In this document: positions 43,665-55,921 of the stretch, piece by piece
Numbering within the stretch: position 1 is the first letter of the stretch
Layout: each line of letters opens with the position of its first letter
NCBI GenBank assembly: GCA_052386495.1
Contig: JBQTKA010000008.1
Span: 9,918 to 73,917, forward strand
DNA length: 64,000 nucleotides
Direction of reading: 5' to 3'
Origin: Hyphomicrobium sp.
Lineage (GTDB): Bacteria; Pseudomonadota; Alphaproteobacteria; Rhizobiales; Hyphomicrobiaceae
Position numbers and translations under genes: made by a program
The notes under the pieces: generated by a model
What the model was told of the DNA's origin: nothing
Databases searched by the model: none
What the model saw: the letters and a program-made list of their open reading frames with translations, nothing else

Positions 43665-44416
43665 CCAATCACAAAGGCGGATCGGGTGGAAAGTCTGGCA
43701 AAAGCAGCCTAAGCGGCGGCCAGAGGCAACTGCGGGTCAACGTCAAGACGGCGCGAAAGCGGTCGTCGTCATCGGCGCGCTGGTTGGATCGCCAGTTGAA
43801 CGACCCTTACGTCGCGGCGTCCAAGCGTGACGGATATCGCTCGCGCGCCGCCTACAAACTGAAAGAGATCGACGCGCGCTATCACATCTTGAAACCGGGG
43901 CAACGCGTCGTCGATCTCGGTGCGGCGCCGGGCGGGTGGTCGCAGGTCGCGGCCAACGTCGTCAAGTCGCTTGAAGGCAAGGGGCAGGTCGTCGCCATCG
44001 ACTATCTGGGCGTTGAGCCGATTGCGGGCGTTGAGATCCTAGAACTCGATTTCACCGACGAGGCGGCGGATGACATGTTGAAGTCCCGCCTGCGCGATCG
44101 CGGCGCCGATGTCGTGCTCTCCGATATGGCGGCGCCGACGACCGGGCACACGAAGACCGATCACATCCGCATCATGGGACTTGCCGAGATGGCGGCGGCC
44201 TTCGCCGCCGACGTGCTTTCGCCGGGCGGGACGTTTCTGTGCAAAGTGCTGCAGGGCGGCGCTGAACGGACGTTGCTCGATGGCCTCAAGCGCGACTTCG
44301 CTGTGGTCCGCCACGTCAAGCCGCCGGCAAGCCGATCCGATTCCGCTGAACTCTACGTGTTGGCGACGGGCTTTCGCGGCAAACGATCGGCGGCGGTCGA
44401 GCGTCTCAGCGACTGA
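43661..44416 (+). CDS. rlmE: 23S rRNA (uridine-2'-O)-methyltransferase RlmE (FtsJ/RrmJ)
   Basis: SSARWLDRQLNDPYV...GYRSRAAYKLKEID...VVDLGAAPGGWSQV...VLSDMAAPTTGH...FLCKVLQG. Confidence 0.9.
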   Translation: MTNHKGGSGGKSGKSSLSGGQRQLRVNVKTARKRSSSSARWLDRQLNDPYVAASKRDGYRSRAAYKLKEIDARYHILKPGQRVVDLGAAPGGWSQVAANVVKSLEGKGQVVAIDYLGVEPIAGVEILELDFTDEAADDMLKSRLRDRGADVVLSDMAAPTTGHTKTDHIRIMGLAEMAAAFAADVLSPGGTFLCKVLQGGAERTLLDGLKRDFAVVRHVKPPASRSDSAELYVLATGFRGKRSAAVERLSD

Positions 44417-44780
44417 AGGCGATTGCTGCGCCGCTGCCGTCGTTCGGCGCGTCGCCCGCGCTGTTCGCAGGCGCGGCGGACTGGCCGGACAGTTCCAGCG
44501 CGCGAGCGCAGGTCACAATGCGTCCGTCTCGCGCCATGAGGGACTCGAATTCGCCGGAGATCCGCAGCAGATCGTCGCTCATCAATCGCGGAGCGGACGG
44601 CGCAAATCGGACATCGACGCCGCAGCGTGCGCCAGCCCAGGCCAGCGCGCCAGACGCCACGACGGACGGCGGCGCGATCTCGGCGAACGCGTTTGCCTCT
44701 GCGCGCGGATACAGCGCCGCCCCCACAGCGATCGCCGCAACCAGCGCGATCCCAAGCATTGCGGTCCTCAATACCATCAA
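44406..44780 (-). CDS. Hypothetical membrane-anchored protein (124 aa)
   Basis: N-terminal TM helix (AMLGIALVAAIAVGAALY). A plausible composition compared with the overlapping + strand ORF. No motif recognised. Confidence 0.35.
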   Translation of the reverse strand: MMVLRTAMLGIALVAAIAVGAALYPRAEANAFAEIAPPSVVASGALAWAGARCGVDVRFAPSAPRLMSDDLLRISGEFESLMARDGRIVTCARALELSGQSAAPANSAGDAPNDGSGAAIAFSR

Positions 44781-44904
44781 ACGCCGATCCCAATCTCATG
44801 GGAGCCTGAAGGCCCCGTCCGCGTTGGGTGCCAGAGTCTGACGAAGGGCGTGTGACAACAGCGTTTTATTTGGCTCTACAACGGGATGCGCGCTCCCACT
44901 ATGA

Positions 44905-46527
<1,623 letters not shown>

Positions 46528-46549
46528 ACTCCCTAGAAAAGAAAGTCAG

Positions 46550-46966
46550 ATGACCAACATTCTCTATCCCGTTTTCGCCCTCGTGCTGTTGACCTTCGTC
46601 ATGATCGGCTGGATGGCCAAAGAGCGCTTCACCGCCATGAGCAGCGGCGCCGTCCGATCGGATGATCCGGGCATTCGCCCGCAATGGCCCGGCCGCGCCG
46701 GGCAGGTGTCCAATGCCTATCACAACCTGCTCGAACTGCCGGTGCTGTTCTACGCGGTCGTCGCGTTCGCGATGGCGACGAATGGCGACGACGCCGTCAT
46801 GATCCTGCTCGCCTGGATATTCGTCGCCTTCCGTATTGCGCAGGCTGTCATCCACAGCACCTACAACAAAATCCTGCATCGGTTTCTGATGTTTCTTGGA
46901 AGCGTGATCACGCTTGGCGTGATGTGGGTGCTTTTGTTTGCGCACGTCTCAAGCGCATCGGTCTAG
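46550..46966 (+). CDS. MAPEG-family membrane protein
   Basis: Four TM helices, NAYHNLLELPVLFY and FRIAQAVIHS motifs. Start at ATG 46550. Confidence 0.7.
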   Translation: MTNILYPVFALVLLTFVMIGWMAKERFTAMSSGAVRSDDPGIRPQWPGRAGQVSNAYHNLLELPVLFYAVVAFAMATNGDDAVMILLAWIFVAFRIAQAVIHSTYNKILHRFLMFLGSVITLGVMWVLLFAHVSSASV

Positions 46967-46968
46967 GC

Positions 46969-48261
46969 ATGCGGCCCGGCGCGCGCATCACGGCCGCGAT
47001 CGAAGTTCTCGATGAAGTGCTCAATCGGCATCAACCGGTTGCGATGGCTCTGCAAAGTTGGGGCAAAGCGCATCGCTTCGCCGGCTCCGGCGACCGCAAT
47101 GCGATTGGCCACATGGTCTACGATGGCCTGCGCCGCAAGTCGTCGGCCGCACACCTCATGGCGGCCGATACGCCGCGCGCGATCGTGATTGGCACGCTCG
47201 CGGAGCAGGGCGCATCCGTCTCCGAACTTGCCGCAATGTGCACCGGCGCGGACCACACGCCCGAAGCGCTGAGCGCGGACGAGTTGAAGCGCCTCGAATC
47301 CGTTTCGCGCTCCGATGCGCCGCCGTGGGTCGCAGGCGATTATCCGGAATGGCTGCACGCATCGTTCGAGCGGACCTTCGGCGCGAACGCGGCGATTGAG
47401 GGCGCCGCGCTCTCACAGCGCGCGCCGGCCGACATTCGCGTCAATACATTGAAGGCGACACGCGAGAAGGCCTTGAAGGCGCTCGCAAGCTTTGGCGCAG
47501 AGGAGACGCCCTACGCACCGAACGGCATCCGCATCGCGCCGCCGGTTGGTTTCGCACGCACGCCGAACCTTCAGGCCGAGGCTGCCTTTCAGGCCGGCTG
47601 GTGCGAAATACAGGATGAAGGCAGTCAGATCGCCGCCGCGCTGACCGGCGCGGGCCCGCGCATGCAGGTGCTGGACATCTGCGCCGGGGCCGGCGGCAAG
47701 ACGCTGGCGCTGGCGGCCGCCATGCAGAACACGGGACAGATCTATGCCTACGATTCCGACAAGATGCGGCTGAAGCCCATCTTCGATCGCGTGCGCCGCA
47801 ACGGCGTCCGCAACGTCCAAATTCTGCGCGCCGGAGATGCGGCGGCGCTCGATGCGCTGGGCGCCAAGTTCGATCGCGTGCTCGTCGATGCGCCATGCAC
47901 GGGAACAGGCACATGGCGGCGGCGTCCCGACGCCAAATGGCGGCTGAAGCCCGAAGCGCTGGCGGCGCGGCTTGGCGAGCAGAAAATCGTGCTCGCCAAT
48001 GCGGCGCGGTTCGTGAAGCCGGGCGGGCGGCTGGTCTATGTCACCTGCTCCATCCTCATCGAAGAGAACGGCGATCAAGTCGCAGCGTTTTTCGACGCGC
48101 GGAATGACTTCCACTTATTGCCTTATGCCGATGTTTGGCGGGAAACCTTGGCCGGTGAACCTCCGCCCTCGGCCGATGGGCGATCTGACGCTTTGCTGCT
48201 GACTCCTGCGCGGCACGGAACCGACGGGTTCTTCATTGCGATAATGGAGCGCAGGACATGA
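46969..48261 (+). CDS. RsmB/NOP2/Sun-family SAM-dependent RNA (cytosine-C5) methyltransferase
   Basis: EIQDEGSQ, LDICAGAGGKT, VLVDAPCTGTGTWRRRPD, LVYVTCS motifs. Start at ATG 46969. Confidence 0.85.
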   Translation: MRPGARITAAIEVLDEVLNRHQPVAMALQSWGKAHRFAGSGDRNAIGHMVYDGLRRKSSAAHLMAADTPRAIVIGTLAEQGASVSELAAMCTGADHTPEALSADELKRLESVSRSDAPPWVAGDYPEWLHASFERTFGANAAIEGAALSQRAPADIRVNTLKATREKALKALASFGAEETPYAPNGIRIAPPVGFARTPNLQAEAAFQAGWCEIQDEGSQIAAALTGAGPRMQVLDICAGAGGKTLALAAAMQNTGQIYAYDSDKMRLKPIFDRVRRNGVRNVQILRAGDAAALDALGAKFDRVLVDAPCTGTGTWRRRPDAKWRLKPEALAARLGEQKIVLANAARFVKPGGRLVYVTCSILIEENGDQVAAFFDARNDFHLLPYADVWRETLAGEPPPSADGRSDALLLTPARHGTDGFFIAIMERRT

Positions 48262-48339
48262 GACCGATCCCGAGAACCGATCGATCGCTCTGCGCGTTTC
48301 GGACTCCGAGTGAATTGAGGCGACTAAGGATCGATCCGC

Positions 48340-48834
48340 ATGACAAACGCCAGTCTTGACGCCCGCAGCGACCGAGAGAGACCAATGGCCTATTACGGAT
48401 CGCTTGTCGTTTTTCTCGCCCTCGTTTTTGCGGCAGCTTCGTCGGGCGCCATCTTTCAGCCCGGCGCCTGGTATGATGCGCTGAACAAGCCGACATGGAC
48501 GCCGCCGGACTGGGCGTTCCCGGTCGCTTGGACCATTCTCTACATTATGATTGCGGTTGCAGGGTGGTTCGCCTGGCGCGCCGGCGGCTGGTCAACGGCC
48601 ATGGCGATCTGGGGCGTCGGCCTCGTTCTCAACGCGCTCTGGTCTTACTTCATGTTCGGTCGGCAAGACATCACGCTGGCGCTGGCGGACGTTATCGGAT
48701 TGTGGATCGCTACCGCGGCTTTCATCGTCGCCGCGTGGGGCCTCGATACGCGCGCGGCTTATCTGTTCATGCCGTATCTCGTCTGGGTCAGCTTCGCCGG
48801 CGCGCTCAATTTCGTCGTCTGGCGAATGAACTGA
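48340..48834 (+). CDS. tspO: TspO/MBR-family tryptophan-rich sensory protein
   Basis: [33 protein letters not shown] and five TM helices. Start may be ATG 48385. Confidence 0.85.
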   Translation: MTNASLDARSDRERPMAYYGSLVVFLALVFAAASSGAIFQPGAWYDALNKPTWTPPDWAFPVAWTILYIMIAVAGWFAWRAGGWSTAMAIWGVGLVLNALWSYFMFGRQDITLALADVIGLWIATAAFIVAAWGLDTRAAYLFMPYLVWVSFAGALNFVVWRMN

Positions 48835-48934
48835 TCGTCGCGGTGGATGGGTCGCCCCGCGGCGTTTCCCGGCGTTGCGGGCGGCGGCAGGATCGCGTAA
48901 CGCAGGGCTCTATTTTGGGCTCCGGAAACCAGTC

Positions 48935-50482
48935 TTGAGCGATAGCGTCCTTATCATCGACTTCGGCAGTCAGGTTACGCAGCTGATCGCTCGGCGCGTG
49001 CGCGAAGCGGGCGTCTATTGCGAAATCCATCCCTTCCAGAGCGCTGACGCGGCGTTCGCGAAGCTGAAGCCGAAGGCCCTAATTCTTTCCGGAGGGCCGG
49101 CGTCCGTGACCGAAGCCGGCAGCCCCCGCGCGCCTGAAGCTGCGCTCCAAGCCGGCATCCCCGTGTTCGGAATTTGTTATGGCCAGCAGACGATGGCCGA
49201 GCAACTCGGCGGCAAGGTCGAGAGCGGCCATCACCGCGAATTCGGCCGGGCCATGATCGCCGTCGAGAAGCCAAGCGCGCTGTTCGACGGCGTGTGGCGC
49301 CCGGGCGAGAAACATCAAGTCTGGATGAGCCACGGCGATCGCGTCACGCGCTTGCCGGACGGATTCGAGGTGATCGCGAGCAGCGAGAACGCGCCCTTCG
49401 CCGCCGTCGCCGATGAATCGCGCCGCTTCTACGCGGTGCAGTTTCATCCCGAAGTCGTGCACACCCCCGACGGCGCCAAGCTGATCTCCAACTTCGTTCA
49501 CAAGATCGCCGGCCTCAAATCCGATTGGACGATGGCCGCCTACCGCCGCGAGATGATCGCGAAAATACAAAAGCAGGTCGGCAAGGGTCGCGTGATCTGC
49601 GGCCTCTCAGGCGGCGTCGACAGCGCCGTCGCCGCAGTGCTGATCCATGAGGCGATCGGCGAGCAGCTGACGTGCGTGTTCGTCGATCACGGGCTGATGC
49701 GTATGAGTGAAGCCGAGCAGGTCGTGACGCTGTTCCGCGATTCCTACAACATCCCGCTCGTGCACGTTGACGCCTCCGAGCAGTTCTTGGGCGCGCTTCA
49801 CGGCGTCAGCGATCCCGAACACAAGCGCAAGACGATCGGCAAGCTGTTCATCGACGTGTTCGACGGCGAAGCCAAGAAGATCGGCGGCGCCGAGTTTCTG
49901 GCGCAAGGCACCCTCTACCCGGACGTGATCGAGAGCGTCTCGTTCACCGGCGGCCCATCCGTGACAATCAAGTCGCATCACAACGTCGGCGGACTGCCGG
50001 AGCGCATGAACATGAAGCTCGTCGAACCGTTGCGCGAACTGTTCAAGGACGAAGTGCGCGCGCTCGGCCGCGAACTCGGCTTGCCGGAGGCGTTTGTCAC
50101 GCGGCACCCCTTTCCAGGCCCCGGCCTCGCCATCCGCATCCCCGGCGAGATCACCGTCGAAAAGCTCGACATCCTGCGCAAAGCCGACGCGATCTATCTG
50201 GAGGAAATCCGCAACGCCGGTCTTTACGACGCGATCTGGCAGGCGTTCGCCGTGCTGCTGCCGGTGCGCACCGTCGGCGTCATGGGCGATGGGCGAACCT
50301 ACGATCACGTCTTGGGACTTCGCGCCGTCACGTCCGTCGACGGCATGACGGCGGACTTCTTTCCCTTCGACATGGCGTTTCTCGGGCGGGTTGCGACGCG
50401 GATCATCAACGAAGTGCGCGGCGTCAACCGCGTCGTCTACGACGTGACGTCGAAGCCGCCCGGCACCATCGAGTGGGAATAG
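48935..50482 (+). CDS. guaA: GMP synthase (glutamine-hydrolysing)
   Basis: [27 protein letters not shown] (catalytic Cys), [15 protein letters not shown]-loop, C-terminal [12 protein letters not shown] 48935 gives the canonical N-terminus. Confidence 0.95.
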   Translation: MSDSVLIIDFGSQVTQLIARRVREAGVYCEIHPFQSADAAFAKLKPKALILSGGPASVTEAGSPRAPEAALQAGIPVFGICYGQQTMAEQLGGKVESGHHREFGRAMIAVEKPSALFDGVWRPGEKHQVWMSHGDRVTRLPDGFEVIASSENAPFAAVADESRRFYAVQFHPEVVHTPDGAKLISNFVHKIAGLKSDWTMAAYRREMIAKIQKQVGKGRVICGLSGGVDSAVAAVLIHEAIGEQLTCVFVDHGLMRMSEAEQVVTLFRDSYNIPLVHVDASEQFLGALHGVSDPEHKRKTIGKLFIDVFDGEAKKIGGAEFLAQGTLYPDVIESVSFTGGPSVTIKSHHNVGGLPERMNMKLVEPLRELFKDEVRALGRELGLPEAFVTRHPFPGPGLAIRIPGEITVEKLDILRKADAIYLEEIRNAGLYDAIWQAFAVLLPVRTVGVMGDGRTYDHVLGLRAVTSVDGMTADFFPFDMAFLGRVATRIINEVRGVNRVVYDVTSKPPGTIEWE

Positions 50483-50484
50483 CA

Positions 50485-50513
50485 AAGCCGCCGCGATTGG
50501 ATCGCGACGGCTT
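50485..50513. terminator. Stem-loop between convergent guaA and the Tyr-rich protein gene
   Basis: AAGCCGCCGCGAT-TGG-ATCGCGACGGCTT, 12 of 13 positions pair. No U-run. Confidence 0.4.
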
Positions 50514-50536
50514 GATGCAACATCGATAGTGGGCCG

Positions 50537-50986
50537 TCAGTGGCGCGCCCGCTGGACGTGGCGGCCCGCACGGTGAGCGCGATGTTTCACGTAGTGATGG
50601 CGTTTGGGCCGGATGATGCGATATCCGCCGGCGTACGCGCGCGGCGCATAATAGCCGTATGAATAGACCGGCGCCGCGTAGTAATACGCGCGACGCGGCG
50701 CATAGTCGTCGTAGTCGTCATAGTCGTCGTAGTCATCAGCGTCGTAGTAAGCGTCGGAATATCTCGACCAGCGCCTGTAGCCGTACCCGTCGTACGGATA
50801 GCCGCCGTAGGCGCCGTAGTACCCGTGGCGGTGGCGACTGGCGATGATGGCGCCGCCGATGACCGCAGACGCGACGCCAAAGGCGAGGGCGCCGCGATAA
50901 CGGCGGGCGTCGGCATGATTGGCCGTCGCAGCGAGCGCGGTCAGCGCGATGAGCGCGGCGGCGATTGGGGTGACAATCCACTTCAT
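50537..50986 (-). CDS. Secreted Tyr/Gly/Asp/Arg-rich low-complexity protein (149 aa)
   Basis: Signal peptide MKWIVTPIAAALIALTALAATANHADA, YYGAYGGYPYDGYGY, DDYDDYDDYDDY, basic His/Arg tail. Confidence 0.5.
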   Translation of the reverse strand: MKWIVTPIAAALIALTALAATANHADARRYRGALAFGVASAVIGGAIIASRHRHGYYGAYGGYPYDGYGYRRWSRYSDAYYDADDYDDYDDYDDYAPRRAYYYAAPVYSYGYYAPRAYAGGYRIIRPKRHHYVKHRAHRAGRHVQRARH

Positions 50987-51143
50987 GGCGAACTCCTGAT
51001 ACGCGTCCGAGAAGCGCATCGGCCGAAGTTCTCGCGGCTCTTTGCGCTCCGAGCTGATCGCAGAGTGCCGCCGCCACGCGACAGGAGCAAGAAATTTGCG
51101 GTCCGTCGTCGCGTTCGACGGCTAGAAGCCTCGGATTGACCGC

Positions 51144-51638
51144 CTATTTGACATACGCCATGAGCCGCCCCGCCGTGATGATGGCGAGCCAGAGCGCAAT
51201 GGATGCGGCGGCGGAAACCTTGGCGCTGATGTGTGGGTCGCCGCGGTCATCGTCGGGTAGCCGCGGGAACAGCCGCGCTTGAAAGGCCAGGGCGTTCAAC
51301 CCGGCCAGCGCGATCAGCGTGAGCTTGATGCGAAACGCCGGATTGATCGCGAACGCGGCGGCGTCTGAAATGAACAGGAGACCGCCGCTTGCCGCGTTGA
51401 GCGCGAACCCCGTCCACGCCCACGGGATGAGCGCGGCGTGCAGGGGCCTCATGTCGAGACCGCGATTGAAGCCGAACACGCGCAAATCGAAGATCAGGAT
51501 CGGGCCAAACACCAGCGCCAACCCGAGGACGTGGAGCGTTTCGAGCGCCGGATAGGCCCAGACGGATTGACCGATGAAGGTTGCAAGCCCGGACTGCGCG
51601 ATCGGGTCCCAGAAGGGATCGGGAAGCGGATCCTCCAT
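51144..51638 (-). CDS. Hypothetical integral membrane protein (164 aa)
   Basis: MEDPLPDPFWDPIAQS... followed by four hydrophobic helices. The longer ORF-track version (to 52073) overlaps the upstream gene in another frame. Confidence 0.55.
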   Translation of the reverse strand: MEDPLPDPFWDPIAQSGLATFIGQSVWAYPALETLHVLGLALVFGPILIFDLRVFGFNRGLDMRPLHAALIPWAWTGFALNAASGGLLFISDAAAFAINPAFRIKLTLIALAGLNALAFQARLFPRLPDDDRGDPHISAKVSAAASIALWLAIITAGRLMAYVK

Positions 51639-51643
51639 CGCCG

Positions 51644-52003
51644 TCAGCGAGCCGTGCCGCGGAGGGTCAAGGTACGACCGCCGATCGTGATGGATTTGAG
51701 TCCGAGTCCCCCGCCGCTTCGCGCCGGCCATCCCATCACGGCCGCCGCCGCGCCGTCCTTCAGGACGTCTTCGGTCAAGCCCGCGCCGCGCGCCACGGAG
51801 ATGCTTTCCGTCTCGATCGTCCACGACCCGCTCGACGTCGTCAGTACAAAAAAGATGTGCGGGTTCTTGTAGCTGACGTCCGACACCGTGCCGGAGAGCC
51901 GGATGATTTTTCCGCCGTCGTACTTCGACACATAAGAATGGTGCGCCGACGCTGGACTGGACAGCGCCAGAGCGACGCACAACACAGCGATACGGCGCGA
52001 CAT
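51644..52003 (-). CDS. Small periplasmic protein, DUF6152-like
   Basis: Signal peptide ending ASA, then HHSYVSKYDGGKIIRLSGTVSDVSYKNPHIFF. Lies 5 nt upstream of the membrane protein gene. Confidence 0.5.
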   Translation of the reverse strand: MSRRIAVLCVALALSSPASAHHSYVSKYDGGKIIRLSGTVSDVSYKNPHIFFVLTTSSGSWTIETESISVARGAGLTEDVLKDGAAAAVMGWPARSGGGLGLKSITIGGRTLTLRGTAR

Positions 52004-52189
52004 GAGCACGGTCCGGCGTCGGGAAGGATACATTTGCGGCGGCGACTATATGAGACGCGTCGCGCCTCGACACAGCGACCTAGTGTCAGCCTAAATGGAA
52101 GCGCCCCCCGGATCGCTTGATCCGAGGGACGCAGGGGCGGGTTGGACGACACGGGGGAGGGGCCCGCCCAAACGCTTGCCAGCCGGGGC

Positions 52190-52444
52190 TCAGTACCAGC
52201 CGCGGCAGTCGTAGTACTCGGACTTCCAGTAGGGGTCGCCCGTCCGCAACCAGCGGCGATAGAGATAGCCGCAGCCGCGACCGCCAATGACGATCCGGTA
52301 GCGTGGGCCATAGTCGAGATAGTGGTGGCCGTGGAAACTGTGGAAGCGAAGATGCTTGCCGCCGGCTTCCGCAGCGCCGACGCCGCCAAACGCAGCGAAC
52401 ACGGTCGCCGCGGCCAAGGCGACGGTCTTCAAGGTCCGAGACAT
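52190..52444 (-). CDS. Small secreted Tyr/Arg/Cys-rich protein (84 aa)
   Basis: Signal peptide, then HLRFHSFHGHHYLDYGPRY...GCGYLYRRWLRTGDPYWKSEYYDCRGWY. Confidence 0.5.
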   Translation of the reverse strand: MSRTLKTVALAAATVFAAFGGVGAAEAGGKHLRFHSFHGHHYLDYGPRYRIVIGGRGCGYLYRRWLRTGDPYWKSEYYDCRGWY

Positions 52445-52610
52445 GCTGATGCACTCCTGAATCGTGACGGGGGTGCGCGGCCGCCGCTCGGGGGAGGGCT
52501 GACGGCCGCGCCGATCAGCGGCAGGGGGACCACCGCTATCGTTCGGGCAGGATGCCAGGAGGAACGGATCGCGGCTGTTCCGCGCGGAACACGTCGCGCT
52601 GAGCGCACTC

Positions 52611-53342
52611 TCAGTCGTCGGCGCCGGTCAGCATGGCCGCGACATCGTCGCCACTCACGTCCGCCGCCATGGCGCGGAAGTCGGCATCGGTCTGCAAGGC
52701 GGCGTCGAGCCTGGCCTGGAACGTCGTGCGATCCAGTTCTACGGTGCCGAACTGGCGCAGATGTTCGGTCACGAACTGCGTATCGAGCAGACGAAAACCG
52801 CCGTACTTGAGGCGCGCAACGAGGTGCGCCAATGCAATCTTCGAGGCGTCGCGCTCATAGGAGAACATGCTCTCGCCGAAGAAGGCGCCCTTGAGCGCCA
52901 CGCCGTAGAGCCCGCCGACCATTCGGCCGCCGTTCCACACCTCGACGGTGTGGCAGGCGCCGATGTCAAAGAGATCGCGGTAGAGGGCGCGGATGCGCCG
53001 GTTGATCCAGGTCGAAGCCCGTCCGGGCCGCGGCGCCGAGCAGCCGTCGATCACGGCCTCATAGTCGGTGTCGATCTTGATTTTCAGCGGCGTCGTGCGG
53101 ATCGTCCGCAAAAGCCGTCGCGGAAACCGGGGGGCGTCGAGCGGAAGAACGCCGCGCTGCTGCGGTTCAATCCAATAGAGCGCCGGGTCGTCGGCGCTTT
53201 CGGCCATAGGAAAGATGCCGCAGCTGTACGCCTTCAGCAGCACCTGCGGCGTAATCTCGAACATCGGGTCGTCGCGCGACGCCATATCGTTACGTGCCAT
53301 TCGGACCCGGGGTCGCGCGCGAAAAAGATCGCGCAAGGGCAC
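52611..53342 (-). CDS. aat: Leucyl/phenylalanyl-tRNA--protein transferase
   Basis: [54 protein letters not shown]. Start uncertain (internal Met codons at 53300, 53285 and 53264). Confidence 0.85.
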   Translation of the reverse strand: MPLRDLFRARPRVRMARNDMASRDDPMFEITPQVLLKAYSCGIFPMAESADDPALYWIEPQQRGVLPLDAPRFPRRLLRTIRTTPLKIKIDTDYEAVIDGCSAPRPGRASTWINRRIRALYRDLFDIGACHTVEVWNGGRMVGGLYGVALKGAFFGESMFSYERDASKIALAHLVARLKYGGFRLLDTQFVTEHLRQFGTVELDRTTFQARLDAALQTDADFRAMAADVSGDDVAAMLTGADD

Positions 53343-53345
53343 CAG

Positions 53346-54686
53346 CTATTTCATCCCGAGATGTTTTTCGAGCCAATGAATATCATAAAGCCCGTCGACG
53401 ATGTCGGGCTGTTTGACCAAATCCTGGAACAAGGGGATCGTCGTTTCAATCCCGTCAATGACGAATTCGTTCAGCGCGCGGCGCAGGCGCATCAGGCAGT
53501 CATTGCGGGTTCTGCCCGTCACGATCAATTTACCGATAAGGCTGTCGTAGAACGGGGGGATGCGATAGCCCTGGTAAATGCCGCTGTCGACGCGCACGCC
53601 GAGCCCGCCCGGCGGGTGCCAATAAGTGATCTGGCCGGGCGAAGGGCGGAACGTCACCGGGTTCTCGGCGCAAATGCGGCACTCGATCGCGTGACCCTGC
53701 AGCGTAATTTCATCTTGCGTGAAGCTGAGCGGCGCGCCTGAGGCGACGCGGATCTGTTCGAGCACGAGATCGATGCCGGTCACCGCCTCAGTCACCGGGT
53801 GCTCGACCTGCAGACGGGTATTCATTTCGATGAAGTAGAATTCGCCGTCCTCATAGAGGAACTCAACCGTTCCCGCACCGCGATACTTGATCTTGCGCAT
53901 GGCGGTCGCCACCGTCTCGCCGATCTTGGCGCGCTGGGCCGCGTTCAGGGCGGGCGACGGGCTCTCCTCCAGCACCTTCTGATGCCGGCGCTGCAGCGAG
54001 CAGTCGCGCTCTCCAAGATGGACGGCGTTGCCTTTGCCGTCTCCGAACACTTGGATTTCGATGTGACGGGGTTTCTGAAGATATTTTTCGATGTAGACCG
54101 CGTCGTCGTTGAACGCGGCCTTGGCTTCAGATCGCGCCGTCGCCAGCGCGATGCCAAGATCGGCGGCGCTGTTCGCAACCTTCATGCCCCGCCCACCGCC
54201 GCCGGCCGCGGCCTTGATCAGCACAGGGAAGCCCATCTCCTTGGCGACCTTCATCGCCTCGGTTTCGCTGGTGACTGCGCCGGCGGAACCCGGCACGCAC
54301 GGGATGCCGAGCTTGCGCGCGGTTTCCTTCGCCTCGATCTTGTCGCCCATGATCCGGATGTGTTCGGACGTTGGGCCGATGAACGTGATCTTGTGCTCTT
54401 CGAGGATTTCGGCGAAGCGGGCGTTTTCCGAAAGGAACCCGTAGCCGGGATGCACGGCGTCGGCGCCGGTAATCTCGCAAGCCGTCACCAGCGCCGGAAT
54501 GTTCAAATAACTCTCGCGCGCGGGCGGCGGTCCGATGCAGACGCTTTCGTCCGCCAGACGCACGTGCATGGCGTCGGCGTCGGCGGTGGAGTGCACGGCG
54601 ACTGTGGCGATGCCGAGCTCACGGCACGCGCGCTGGACGCGCAGCGCGATCTCTCCCCGGTTGGCGATCAGGATTTTATCGAACAT
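53346..54686 (-). CDS. accC: Acetyl-CoA carboxylase, biotin carboxylase subunit
   Basis: MFDKILIANRGEIALRV, GYGFLSEN, ATP-grasp GGGGRGM, EMNTRLQVEHPVTE. Confidence 0.95.
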   Translation of the reverse strand: MFDKILIANRGEIALRVQRACRELGIATVAVHSTADADAMHVRLADESVCIGPPPARESYLNIPALVTACEITGADAVHPGYGFLSENARFAEILEEHKITFIGPTSEHIRIMGDKIEAKETARKLGIPCVPGSAGAVTSETEAMKVAKEMGFPVLIKAAAGGGGRGMKVANSAADLGIALATARSEAKAAFNDDAVYIEKYLQKPRHIEIQVFGDGKGNAVHLGERDCSLQRRHQKVLEESPSPALNAAQRAKIGETVATAMRKIKYRGAGTVEFLYEDGEFYFIEMNTRLQVEHPVTEAVTGIDLVLEQIRVASGAPLSFTQDEITLQGHAIECRICAENPVTFRPSPGQITYWHPPGGLGVRVDSGIYQGYRIPPFYDSLIGKLIVTGRTRNDCLMRLRRALNEFVIDGIETTIPLFQDLVKQPDIVDGLYDIHWLEKHLGMK

Positions 54687-54741
54687 CGGCTCTAGGCTCT
54701 CCAGACTTCTCGCGATGGCGGCGGTGCGGGCTTGACGCCGG

Positions 54742-55227
54742 TCACTCGATCACGATCAGCGGTTCGCCGTATTCGACCGGTTGCGCGTTCTCGAACAGGA
54801 TAGCCGTCACCGTGCCTGAGCGCGGCGCAGGGATCTGGTTCATCGTTTTCATGGCTTCGATGATGAGCACGGTATCGCCCTGGTTCACCTTGCTGCCGAT
54901 TTCGCAGAACGTCGCCGCGCCGGGCTCCGGCGACCTGTAGGCGGTGCCGACCATCGGCGACTTGACGGCGCCGGGGTGTTTCGCCGGATCGCCGCTGCTG
55001 GTCTGCGTCGGAGCCGCCGCGGCGGACGCCGGCGCTGCTGGCGCCGGCGCATGAACCGGCGCCGCGATGGCTGCTGCGACAGCGACGGTCTTGGCGACGC
55101 GGATTTTCAGGCCGCTCTTTTCGATCTCGATTTCCGAGAGTCCGGTGTCGTTCAGCAGGTCCGCCAATTCGCGGATCAGCTGACCTTCGCTCGTCGCCGG
55201 CTTCGCCCCTTGATCTTTTGCCGTCAT
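54742..55227 (-). CDS. accB: Acetyl-CoA carboxylase, biotin carboxyl carrier protein
   Basis: Ala/Pro linker and C-terminal biotinyl domain with the EAMKTMNQI motif. Confidence 0.9.
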   Translation of the reverse strand: MTAKDQGAKPATSEGQLIRELADLLNDTGLSEIEIEKSGLKIRVAKTVAVAAAIAAPVHAPAPAAPASAAAAPTQTSSGDPAKHPGAVKSPMVGTAYRSPEPGAATFCEIGSKVNQGDTVLIIEAMKTMNQIPAPRSGTVTAILFENAQPVEYGEPLIVIE

Positions 55228-55309
55228 CAGTCGCGTGTCCCTTGATGGTTCGCATTGCGGCGAGGTTCGACGTGAGGAAATTGCGTGCCCGAAGCGCGCG
55301 CGGCCCCCG

Positions 55310-55753
55310 TCACGTCTTTTTCACCAATTCAGCCATGGCTTCGAGCGCCAGATCGTAGCCCTTCGCCCCGAGGCCGCATATCACGCCCGTCGCCGCGAGC
55401 GACACGTAGGAATGCTGGCGAAAATCGTCGCGGCGGAAGATGTTCGACAGGTGCACCTCGATGATCGGCCGCTCGGCCGCCTGCAGCGCGTCCAGAATAG
55501 CGATCGAGGTGTGCGTGTAGGCGCCGGCATTGACGATCAGCCCCGCCGCGGCCGTTCGCGCTTCCTGGATCCAGGTGACGAGTTCGCCCTCGATGTTCGA
55601 CTGGCGGAACTCGACTGTAAGGCCAAGTTTGGCCGCTGTGGCGTCGCACCGTGTTTTGATGTCGGCCAGCGTATCGCGGCCGTAGACCGCCGGCTCGCGC
55701 ACGCCGAGCAGGTTCAGGTTCGGACCGTTGAGAACGTAAATCAGCTGTGACAT
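55310..55753 (-). CDS. aroQ: Type II 3-dehydroquinate dehydratase
   Basis: [48 protein letters not shown]. Confidence 0.95.
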   Translation of the reverse strand: MSQLIYVLNGPNLNLLGVREPAVYGRDTLADIKTRCDATAAKLGLTVEFRQSNIEGELVTWIQEARTAAAGLIVNAGAYTHTSIAILDALQAAERPIIEVHLSNIFRRDDFRQHSYVSLAATGVICGLGAKGYDLALEAMAELVKKT

Positions 55754-55921
55754 CGGGATCGGGTTTGGCCGGGCGGGACGCGCCCGCGCCCGGTTCGAAG
55801 GGCCATCCGATCTACCAGCTTTCGCCTAGCGCGCAAAGGCTGTGAACGTCGCTCTCCGCAACCCGTCCTGAGCCGCGCGCGGAAATGGCGAGCCACGATC
55901 TAATACATTGATTTTTCGTAC

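Noticed and set aside
44109-44855. 248-aa + strand ORF spanning the rlmE 3' end and the rlmE-guaB gap
   Set aside because: It is out of frame with rlmE over the first 300 nt and very Arg-rich. The minus-strand 124-aa ORF with a TM helix is the better, though still weak, candidate for the gap.
49607-54695. Long antisense ORFs opposite guaA (292 aa), aat (326 aa) and accC (298 aa)
   Set aside because: The opposite strands encode textbook GuaA, Aat and AccC. These ORFs are high-GC reading-frame artefacts.
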